The position numbers and the translations under genes are program-made. From contig JBEWZL010000011.1 of the NCBI GenBank assembly GCA_045837725.1, positions 248,001 through 312,000 of the forward strand: 64,000 nucleotides of DNA. The letters are read 5' to 3'. This DNA comes from Vermamoeba vermiformis. Taxonomy: Eukaryota. Below are positions 52,832 to 64,000 of this stretch, one piece after another. Within the stretch, counting starts at the first letter, position 1; the number at the start of each line of letters is the position of its first letter. The notes under the pieces are model-generated. The model had not been told where the DNA came from. It made no database searches and was given only the letters and a program-made list of their open reading frames with translations.

Positions 52832-55800
52832 ATGTCGTCAAACACAAACGGAACTCCATCCTACCATCGTAGGAAGTTAGGCTCGCTTGAAGATCTCGGC
52901 GAAGTAATGAGTCTAATGAACCTTCGGGAAGTGCAGTTTCCCAACAACGTTCACGAAAGAGACTCTTTATTTGTGAGCCTTGGATTTTGGAAAGCACGCT
53001 ACGAAATAAATCGTACTGCACAGTGCGATTCAACTGTGCAAAATATCAGTGAAAATCTTTGTTCGTCACGTTCAATCCAAAAAATCCGTCACCAGTTACA
53101 CGCCGACGCTCGACAATATGGAAGAACAGACCATATTGTGCTGTGGAGTATCGATGAACAAGTTAGCACATTTGTGCTTGATGAAGCCGCAATGAAGTGC
53201 GTTTACGAATCCAATGCATCAGATCGAATCGCAATTCTCTCGTGCACAAATCAGTTCCTTTACAGACCAATCTTAATCGAAGCAAAAGGTACGTAGAATT
53301 TAACATAAGAATCAAAATAATCAAATCAAAAACATTGCTAACTCTTCTTCCAGTTCCGGTCACATCTTGTAATATTATTTCACGAGCAATTATACGCCAC
53401 CTACGGGCGACCTTAGAAGAGTGCAACCAGTCGGAGGTTTCACATGCCCAAGATCTGCGAATCGCGTTAGGTGGCGGAATTAAGGTAAATAATTAGACGA
53501 TTAATTAATTAAGTAGTGATATATTTTTTTATGTTACCTAAATATTAATATATATAATTTTATTGCTTAAATTATTATTTTCCAGATCAAGCAGATTTAG
53601 TACTTTTTGAGAAGAAATTCAGTAAAAATAATCACCAAATTTTCCTAGATAATTATCTTATCAATAAACCAACTCGTTTAAATTGATCGGCAATTTAAGT
53701 AAATCTATTTGCGCGGTAAAACCTACTATGCCGTTTTTGATGCACTCAATTAATGTACTAATCCTGAGCAGGATTTAATTGACCGCTGCAAGGAGTTGGA
53801 GTTGGAAGGACCCACCGACGAACAAGGCACATCAGTCCTGTTTTACGGATCACAAGGTAAAGACTATTATTATTAATGTAGTCGCTAATTCACGATGAAT
53901 AGGAGTTGGAAAGTCGCATTTAATTAATCAAGTGTTGAAGCGAGATCTTGCTCCACTGACTGATACCATCTACGGTCAAATTGTTACGTGGTACTGGCTT
54001 TCTTTTCAACAATTCCAAGAAGAAACTGTTCTGCAAGCAATAGATGAAGACGAACTGGATATCTATCATCCACATAGCAATTTCCAGGAGATAGGCCTTG
54101 ACGACCCGAGTTTGGACGACTTTTTCCTCTTTCCTGAAGGTAAGATTCATAGCACCATTTAATCTAGTGCTAACTTTGTTAGGATCTATTTTGTCGACAA
54201 CACACCTGAATGCCCGTGTGTACTATGGCCCGTTGTTTGCCATCACAATTGAATTCTTTTCAAAGCAAGAGGTTCAAACTGAATTTGATATTGCAAAGGT
54301 ATGTAGTGTTGTAATCACTTACTCAGTACTTATTTTTATACAAATAGCACTATCAGTCATGTAAGTCCAGACTTGCTGCTGACAAAGTTTTTGTGGCTCC
54401 ACGGGCTCTGAATATGATTGGAGTGAAGGCTCCTCCTGGCAAGTTGCCAAAAAGCTACCTGCATATTGACCCCTATTTCCAATGCAAGCTTGGCAAAACG
54501 ATCAAGTACACTTCACCGTACACAACTGTGGATGCAAGCTTGCGCTTCTTAAAGGCCAAATTGCTATCCTACGGCAAATCTGATCGTTATGTATGGGGTT
54601 TGATCAAGAGCTTGCACATTGAATTGCCCTCACGCATGTTAAGGGGTGGGGGTTGCCTTATAGACTCACCTGGCTTTGTTCACAACGAGTTTTGGCTTCA
54701 AAAACAAACAGAGTAAGTCAAAAAGCATACTTAAATATTTAATCAACAACAATTAGTGCGGCCATTGCCTCAGCTGCTTCAGTTGTCTATGTTTCACAAA
54801 CTGGAGACTTCCAAAACGAGCTTGCATTACTCCTGGACTCTCCCTTTGCACAGAACTATCTACCAAAGATAGGGAAAAATTACAAAGACAATGCCCTGCA
54901 AACAATGCCTGCACAATGGATTTTTGCGTTTCCGAGCGACAAATCACTTCAAAATAAGAATCGAGCCAGCTTGCTTAAGGCCATTGCTCAACACCTGCAA
55001 TCTGCAACGGACAAGCTCGAACAAAAATTTTTTGCAGAATACTCGGTGGACTTCAACGTACAACTTGATGAAGCAGAAGAAGGCTCGTTTGTGAGATCAC
55101 TTTTCCAATGTTATTTGGCTACCGACCACAAGTTTAACTTTGAAGTGCCTCAGCTAATCAATTTGAGTGTCAACCCAACAGTCAAAATCCAATTGCCTTT
55201 GAAATCAGGAATTGCCAAGATTATTCGTGCTGCCAACAATCTTGACTTGGCTCCAGAGATATACCAAGGCCCAATTGCACTTACACATGTGCACTTTCAC
55301 AGTGATCTGCTTCACAAGGATGAAAATGGAGTAGATTTATTCATGAATTCGCTCACACATGCGCTCCAAGGAAACCGTCAAGCAACTGTCAACAGGCTCA
55401 ATGAAATTCACCAACTATTCGCACACATTGACGAATGCTTATGTTATGTAAGTTATCTTGCAATTAATTCACTTGGCTAACAGAAATTTATCAGATGTCT
55501 GATATTTCAAAGCTGACTTCAAGTGCTGATGTGGAGACAAAGACCAAAGTCTTTAAGATGTCTCTTCAGGGAAAAAACTATATTGAAGTATTTTTGACTG
55601 ATCTTGAACAATGGCAAGCATCTCTAATGTTTGACATCCACTACTTGATACAAGACACTCTCAATGCATCAAGCAGAATGTGCACTTATGAATACTTAGC
55701 TTCAGTTGTAAGTATTTGCACATTTCAAATATATTTTATTACTTACACTTGTTAGATTGCATCATTGCCCAGAATATTCAAGTCAAGTGGCCCACGTGAA

Positions 55801-57599
55801 AAAGTATTGCAATTTATCAATTCAGCCTGTGTTGCTGGAGGTAATTTCCAGAAATATTCACTTTCAAACATGATACTTGCTCCAATGTGGAAGAGCGTCA
55901 ACAATATGTTGGAAGAGATTGGAAAAATGATCACTGCAGATGCTAATGAAGAAATCATCGTTATTGGATTCAACAATACTTCAATCATCAACGAAATCGA
56001 TGAGTTAGCCCAAAAAATCTTCCAGTCTGAGGATACAAATGAAACACTCGATAGAATTATTCGTCATGAAAAGAATAGATTCACAGTTGAAATGAAGGCA
56101 TCTGTTTTAATATTCAAAAAACTGCAACAAATCTTGGCACTGGAGAAAACACAGCTTCAAAAGAAGTTTTCCAGCATGTGGACAGCCCTTATCACACAAC
56201 GAGACAAAGAGCTTGCTGGCAAAAAGAGAGTCAATAATTTGCCGCTGAAAGTTGTTCGTGAAAACTATTTGAAAGAATTGTTGCCTGCATTTGTTGAAGA
56301 GTGCACACAACAGACAATCAAAACACTCAGTGAGCGAATTGCTTCCCTACTTGGCAAGATGGCAACAAAGGACTCTGTGGATCAACAGTACCTTGGAAAG
56401 CAAATGAATGCTTTTATGGAGGTCTTATCCACTCGTTACTCCGCACCAAGTCTAATTCAAAGTGGCTACGATGTTACGAAAATGAGACAATACTTTCAAG
56501 CTCTACACTTCTCCATATTAGACAACATTTTGGATGCAAATTTTTATTCACAGTAAGTTGTCGTGCACAAAAATATTTTTTTCTAACACTAGTAGGAAAT
56601 TGGAAAAGCTCCTCTTAACAGAATACTCACGATTGCAAATCTCCAACGCGTCCGAATTGCGTGCGACTGTAAAATCATTGGAATGGAATAAGCTACTTGA
56701 GGGACCGAAAGGGTCTTTTACCTCACGCTGGGGCTTTGAAGAGAAAAAGGCTGTGGTAAATCAACTAAAAGATCAAGCCACCAATATAAGCAGTCAAAGC
56801 ATTTATCTGCCTCTGGCAGCCGTGCCAGTAAGTTCTAATTTGACAAATAATAACGTACTAAAGTATCGCTAGGAAACGGTGCGATTACTACAGCAGAAGT
56901 TTCCGCTGGCTAACCTTGGAAAGGCTCGCAGTGAGGCCTCAATTGAAAATATGCTATTTAAGCAATTCCGACAGGTAATAAGAGAGCATCAATACTAAAT
57001 ATTCTGTACTAATCACCTTCCTACAGTTTGGCACCGCTCAGTTAGCGCTCAACTTCGTGAACAATGATTTAAATAGGACCATGGCTCTTCGCACTGCCTT
57101 CTCTATGGACAACGAACCTGACACAAGCGACCTTGATATTCGTCGTGCAATATTAATTCACCTTGACAACGAAGATCTCTCGGATAAACTGAAGGACGAA
57201 CATTTGTTCAGCCTTACCGAGAGAGTCAACGAGCAGTTAGACCTGGACGGATTCGTTGATGTCTTAAAGCCTAAAAACGTGCAACAATTCATTCAGGCAA
57301 TGAGTCTCGAGTCTACCTCTCGTACTTTGGCTTTGGAGGCTGTTCAGTCCCTTATTGCAGAACGAGATGCGCGCCGAGACAAAAAGAAGGCTGAAAAACA
57401 GAAAGAAGATGACGATATGACCGCGGACGAAGAGGTGGAAGTTCGTCCGCAGAAACCTGTCAAAAAGCGAAAAACAAAAAAGAAGACCCGAAAAGAGCCA
57501 CTAATCGTCGAAGAAGACATCGAGCCAACGCAGCAACCTAAGCAAAAACGAAAAAGAGAATCAAAGCCCGTTGCACCAAACAAAAAGGCCAAGAAGTAA
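52832..57599 (+). CDS. Large dynamin-superfamily (BDLP/SLIP-GC-like) GTPase with helical C-terminus and basic NLS-like tail; multi-exon
   Basis: G1 GSQG|VGKS is split by an intron (~53857-53902). G3 region LHIELPSRMLRGGGCLIDSPG. Long helical region, then a KKRKTKKK/KQKRKR tail. Linkage of the N-terminal exons is inferred. Confidence 0.65.
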
Positions 57600-57827
57600 C
57601 TTAGCGGCTATTCGATGTACTAACGGTATCACTGCAATACCAATTTAATTTTACTATTTTTGTTTTACTCACCATCATCATCATTTGTTATACTAAATAA
57701 ACATATCAGTTTCCTGCCACGGCCTTGTAGATCTTGGTTAGTTAGTTAGTTTTTATCAATTTGCGTGAATATTACATTAGGACCGATAAATATTTAAACA
57801 TATTATTATGATTATTAGTTTCGTTAT

Positions 57828-60036
57828 TTAAGCGAATGCTTTCTTCGTCAAAACGTTCAATTTTTCAAGCGCGATGAAAGTGATAATCGTGTGAGGACCT
57901 AAACGCAAGAAATAAGGTGTGAAGCCGCGCCATAGAGCCAAGACACCTTCGGTTCTATATTGGAAAATAATACGTCGTTAGTTTTCATTCGTGGGTTAAA
58001 AGTAAAAAAAGATCCAGATCTCGAAAAAAATCGAGCTAGATCTGCTCTTAATTAAATCGTGCATGCACGTTCGCTTCATCATATTATTATAATAGCTTCA
58101 TATAAAATGTCAGTAGTAAATCGAAGCGCTAATATTTCATAGTCAAGGAAAAAAATTTGGATGTGGATGTAGATCTTACCTGACGACTTTTTGCAAGCAG
58201 TCCAAAGTACCGCTATATTGAGGCTTGCCATCGATGACTTTCATATTCTGCAAACGAGTCTTTGAAATATCAATAGGAATTGAAACGGCCGTCGACACGA
58301 ATCCAGACACCAAACTAGCGGCAAAATGCAAAGGCATGCCTTCAGTGAAGTAGCCAGTCTTGACCAACATTTCTTTGGCTTGCGAGTAGACTCCTATAAT
58401 CATATATAATGAGTATTATCGTACTGACATTAATAAAAATAATATCTAATAAAAATAAAGGATCCACATCTAAAAGTACATCCGCTTCTCAACTTCAAAA
58501 TGAAAATAATATTCAATTACATATGATATATGAAGTATATATGCTTAATATTACTATTATAATAAGCATCGATAATTAGAAACTATAAAAAGGTAAAAAA
58601 TGTCATCTTAAAAAATTTGACGCGTGTCAAAGTCGATGCTGTACCCAAGTCACGTGTGACAGGTGTCACTTACCGAGTTGCGCAGCGTTCAAGACCATGG
58701 CACGCATGACAGTAGGCTTCCAACCACGCCACAAAGTGGTCACACCTTCTTCTTTGGTGATGCGTACAAGTGCGTCAAACGCGTTCTTGTAGCCACGGCG
58801 CTGTTCTACGGGCAATCTGAAGCACGAGATTAACGGCCAAATTATTTGCACGGCGATAATAAAATTGATAAAATTTATCGATAAAATCAAATTGGCGCTT
58901 GGTTAGTACTAATTCCAAACTTTTATAAATCTAAATAAATTTGCAGTAATATTTAATATGAGCATATGTGCGTTGATATGTATTATATAGTAATAATATT
59001 ATATAGTATTATAAAATAATAAAAGGCCTTACCTGCCATCAGCCATTTGTCTAATTAAAGCAACTTCAGCGGGAGTTCCGATCAAAGCACCAACACCACC
59101 TGAAGTCATACCAATAAGAAGCTATAAAATACATTAGTATGATCCTTATTAGTTACATTATAGGTATTAAAGGTCTTCGGATCCAGGAGCTGAAAAATAA
59201 GAAAAAATATTGGGATCTGGATCTCGTATTTTTAAATGCGATAATAATCCAAATATCGATTATGATAATGCAATTAATATGCTTGTGATAATTAATATAA
59301 TATGGCCGTACCTTAGTGAAGAAAGAGGTTTGAGATCCGTCCTTTGGAGCGGTTTTATCGGTAAGGTATTGATAGACACCCAAACGAGTGGTAGTGTATG
59401 TAGCTTGACGAAGAAGACCGGCAGAAAGGCTGGATTATATATGGTTAGTTATTGTGAACATTTTGAGGTCCGTGTAACAGCCAACAGATCCACTTCACGA
59501 ATAAAACGAAAAAATTATTGGGAATAAATAAAATACCCTAATATCATAGTTTGCACAGACAATGGCGTATTTGAACCAAGTATAATATTTAGGTATTATT
59601 AATCGATTTTTTCTCGTTAGAAAATTAATGAAAATTTTTATCGAAATTCATACCCGTTATAGCAGGCCATAATGCCTTCAGTTCTGGCAATATCAAATAA
59701 TGCGTGGAAACTAGTGGGGTATTTCTTAGCAGCACCGCTCTCGCCCAAAAGTTGCATACGTGTTTTAACCAAATCTGCGCGGGTAAAAAATTAGTAAAAA
59801 ATTAGAAGGCAATCTGAACATGCTAATCTATTCTATACATGATGTTTAATATATTTGTATACGTGATATTATTATTTAAAATTTCCGTAAAATTAGATTT
59901 CGTTTTTAAAGTATTCTGGCATTAAGTACGCACCCAAAGGTTGCACGAAGCAAGTAGCAATCATTCCCGATAGACCACCATTAACAAACTTAGTCCAGCT
60001 TGGGGGATTCTTCGCGGCGGGTTTCTTTTCGGCCAT
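57828..60036 (-). CDS. Mitochondrial 2-oxoglutarate/malate carrier (SLC25A11-like)
   Basis: GGLSGMIATCFVQP.DLVKTRMQ, RQATYTTTRLG, ADGRLPVEQRRGYKNAFDAL, RAMVLNAAQL, PIDISKTRLQNM and PYFLRLGPHT. Confidence 0.93.
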
Positions 60037-60318
60037 CTTGTTGTGATAATCAGATCTGGTATTTTAGAATATACCTAGCGAAGATTATTCGTGTCAATAT
60101 GGTTTATATGTCATAGGTATAGTATAGACTATAGTTGTTGTTACCTTTTCGTTGAATTGTTTAATTGACAAAGCGCAAAATAATTCGTTTGGGTTGCCGG
60201 TTGATTTTTGGACGAAATTTACAAAGGTAAGGCTTCGTTTGAATTACTTTTATTGGTTACACTTTTTAATAATACATGCTAATATAAACAATGATCTTTT
60301 AGATCAGATCCGCTGTAG

Positions 60319-63300
60319 TTATTTTTTGCTCGGAGATCTAACACTATTTTTTTGTTGATCTTCGTTATTTTCATCTCTTAATCTCGTTGGGGTCTTAATA
60401 GGCGTAGTACCATTACTAGGCGGTTTAATATTAAGCCCTGACGATACTTCAATGCTGTAGCGCTTAGCTTTGTTAGAACTGTTCGGCGCCGATCTGCCGC
60501 TCGGATTCGTTAGCTCGATAGGATACGGCGAGCCAGTCTTCTTAACGCGTTGTAATAATAATGGAGAGTTTGAACGCATCAAGATAATGTTGCCGTGACG
60601 AGCACGAGGAGTTCCAGGGCCGGATGTGGTGAGCTCGTCGTAACGGTACTCCTTTGACCGCACATTGATCGAGTTGGAGCTGCTAGTGAACCAAGAGTCC
60701 CTCTTGAGTGCCATAAACTGTCGCCTTCGCTTTCTATTAATATTAAGTAAAGTCAGATCTTTTGTAACGCAAAGAGTTGCATCCAGAAATTTTAGTTCTT
60801 ACCGGTCCAATAAGCGTTCATCGTCTACTAATTCGTTGATTTGACCGTCAGAGTTGAGGATATTATCCTGCGATACCTCTTGGCCATCATAGCTCAAATT
60901 TGAAGTTATGATCACTCCGTTCAAGTAGATCGTGTCGATCTCTTCTCCACTACGTGTAATCTCTTTGCCGTGGCCTTCTTTCTTGCCACGACGCCATTCT
61001 CCCTATTAATACAACACTATTAGCGTTTGTACACGATGAAAAATTTGACCGTCAAAAACACTGGAGAAATTTGCCACTCAAATTTTACGCCAGTACAAAT
61101 GAACGCGTGTAGCACGTAATAATTTCAATGCAGTATGAGTATACTACAATGTATTATAATTAATTGTAGTATACTCATTGCTCGGATAAAAGTTCGCGGA
61201 TCTATCGGTTTTCCAAGTACTTACAATGTACGACTTGACAGGCCCTCGCAAGTAGGTCATCATGCCAAAACCCATCTTCTCGCCCTTGTAGTATGTGCCT
61301 TCGAACACATCTCCGTTGCCGTAGATAACTTTAGCCGTACCTAAGCAAAAAAACATTGAATTAGGTCGGGATCGGATCCGGATCTGCTCCATTGTGTACG
61401 CGAGAGTAATAATTATATCAATATGATATTGCGAAGATATGTTGACCGTACCATGTAGTCTCCCTCGCTCCCAATAGCCTTGATATACAGTGCCACTGAA
61501 GAACTTGTAAATGCCAAACTTGTGCTTGCGTCCGTCTTCAAAATGACCGTAGTACACGTCTTTGTTGCTGTACAACATCACGCCCTGGCCTTGTCGCTTG
61601 CTCTCGTGCCATTCACCTTCGTATCTGTTGCCATTGGGCCAGATAAACGTGCCGTAACTGTCACGCACGCCGTCTTTAGAGAATATTACCTAATTTGGAA
61701 AGTCAGTTTCCACGGCTAACATAACGAGAAGTACTACGTACAGATTTCGTCCTATAAAGGATCTTCCACGAGACATTAAGCTTTGGTCGTGCTAAATTAT
61801 ACAATTCTTTCCACCGTTGTTTACTCATTGCCTCCCATAGTGCTTCATTGTCACCGAATAAAGTTCTCCATGATTTGCACACGCAACTCACCTACAACCA
61901 AATATCGTTAATAAAATTGATAAAATCTTCTATATCTTTCATTGAAACAATTTGCAAGCCAATAAAAAAAATTCGTATTGTAGCTTACTCTTGTGAGTGC
62001 TCGCGCGTCTAAATATGAAAATATCTTAATCGCTAATTTGTATTGCATAACGGTGAGCTTCTTATTAGCGCTCTTGAAGCTCAATCGAAATTCTCTGTTT
62101 TTCTTATCCGACTCTGCTTTTTTCGACATTGGATGCTTGACATTAGTATCACGATCAATTCCTCGGTTCAGAATCAATTGCCATGGGTCAATATGAATCG
62201 TGGCTAATATAAAAATTTCCGTTAAAATCAAACAAAAGAATACGAAGAAATAGATCCGGATCTGTATTTCAGTACGTAAGAATAATTATACGAAGTAATG
62301 GGTCTATATGATAGATTATATTAACATCAATATATAAGACGTACTTTCTTCGCTTTTAATCAACTCGTCATCTCGCCAGGTCTCTTTGAAAAATTGTCTA
62401 GTTTCAAATTTGAATGCAATTCCTGTGCCGTGCTTGGCATTTCTTCGAAATTCACCTTCATAGCTATTTTTATTTGCTTCTATTAATTTGCCTCGTCCAT
62501 GGTATTGACCTTCAACAAAGTCGCCTGACGAATTTAAAAAAAATTAGCCGTTACTAAATATTTTATTATTGTATCAAGATTATAATAAAAATAATTATTA
62601 TATTATGAATGATTATAATAAAATTGCAAAGAATTGATAATTGTGTACCAAATCTGACACGGATGTGCTGGTAAGATACACGGGAGATTTTTATCGTAGT
62701 ACAAAATTATTGTAATAATGCATATTTAAGCTAGAAATATTAAATATGCATTGGAAAAATATTATTACGTATTTGTTCAATTAAATTACCTTCATAGCGT
62801 TGGTTTTTGTAAGCGATCGTTTTTGTTCCCCTTCCAGTGATATATCCATTTCTAAAACTACCAATATATACATCTCCATTAGCCCACTTCATCGTTCCTC
62901 TGCCGTGCATTTCGTTGTTTTCGAAATCCCCTGCGAAAAGGTCGATTATTAATTAATTGAGTTAAAAAATATTATAAAAATGCCCTACCTTCATAAGATC
63001 GTCCATCAGGCCAAGTCTGAACGCCTTTTCCGTGTTTGTTATCATTTAAATATTGTCCTTCAAAAATGCTGCCGTTAGCGTACTCCAATCTGCCTTTTCC
63101 ATGCCGCCGTCCTTTTTCATATTGTCCACGGTAAATATTTCCATTGCTATAATTATATACACCTTCTCCGTGCTTTAATCCATCCAAAAAATCGCCTTGG
63201 TATGCGTCTCCATTATTGTAATGGTAAATGCCGTATCCAGATCGATTATTGTTCTCAAAATCGCCTTCATATCGCTCGCCATCAGCCCAAATAAATAGAC

Positions 63301-63457
63301 CTTTGCCGTGCCGCATTCCTGCTGCGAATTCTCCAATATATTTGTTGCCATTTGGGTAAGTTAGAATCCCGTAACCGTCCATCTGACCATCGAGCAGCGG
63401 CCCTTGATAAGTGGTCCCATTAGGCCACTTATATATCTTTGGGCCCGAATCACCCAT
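60319..63457 (-). CDS. MORN-repeat protein with an internal F-box
   Basis: Two blocks of MORN repeats (Y.G.F..G..HG.G) flank LAIKIFSYLDARALTR|VSCVCKSWR...LW. Confidence 0.85.
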
Positions 63458-63723
63458 TCGGGATCCGTGGTGTTATTTATCAGCGCTAAAGAATAAATTT
63501 TAGTTTGTGCGCGCCATTTAACGCAGCACAGCACCAAAAATTCCTACGTTTAAAATAATACTACCAATGCGCAAAATATGTTCAATGGTGACGTTTTTTT
63601 ATGATTGTAAGCGTAAAGTAAGGCTGTGGTAGTAGATCGAGCAACGAAATTACTTAAAAATTAAATTTTTATTAGCCTGTAAATTTTGTTCAATTCAGTA
63701 TTACACCTCCGTTATATATACAT

Positions 63724-64000
63724 TTACAGGGTCAATGAGGCACCCAAACCAAACTTGTATTCGTTCTGAGGATAGTTCACACGACCGCTCAACGAGACTG
63801 AAATAGCATCGCTCAATTTTTCTTCGACGAGCACGTTAACTTCGCTCAATTGCACCACGGCGCCCTTCACTGTCATGTGACCGAAGAAATCGAACACGTA
63901 GCCTGCTGACCAGAGCGACATAACTTGACCTTCTTCGTTTTTAGCAAATGTGAGCGATGAAGCCACCTTCAAGTGACGAGTAACAGCACTAAATATTATG
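63724..64000 (-). CDS. TOM40: Mitochondrial import channel TOM40, 3' part
   Basis: C-terminal beta-barrel strands: AGYVFD, VKG, VLVEEKL and YKFGLG. Confidence 0.75.
   Translation of the reverse strand, partial: IIFSAVTRHLKVASSLTFAKNEEGQVMSLWSAGYVFDFFGHMTVKGAVVQLSEVNVLVEEKLSDAISVSLSGRVNYPQNEYKFGLGASLTL

Overview
Compact, AT-rich, intron-dense eukaryotic DNA. Introns are short GT-AG with CTAA(C/T)-type branch points, and the genetic code is standard. The gene set suggests a free-living protist, plausibly an amoebozoan (inference). Conserved genes include proteasome ATPase RPT3/PSMC4, a 2-oxoglutarate/malate carrier, TOM40 (partial), an S53 tripeptidyl-peptidase, DOMON-cytochrome b561, an S41 peptidase, a CLU-domain protein, RCC1-BTB, FHA-RING and tRNA-Asp(GTC). 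Among them lie accessory loci: a ZZ-finger carboxylic-acid-reductase-like enzyme, two ependymin-like paralogs, an IFI44-like GTPase, a dynamin-like GTPase, a decaying P-loop NTPase gene and several pseudogenes. A young 5'-truncated L1/Tx1-type retrotransposon (14355-17818) sits in a kelch gene, with a perfect 10-bp TSD and a (CAATT)n tail. The most notable unexplained signals are (1) a pervasive, often tandem RGATCY/CGGATC motif in introns, (2) a ~295-nt highly structured candidate Pol III ncRNA at 48341-48635, (3) localised CpG-depleted domains, (4) clustered TGACA-NN-TGTCA and TTGACCGTCAA palindromes, and (5) an 11-nt complementarity between the retroelement 3' end and its target site. Gene boundaries were read by eye across introns and are approximate. 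No database searches were run.
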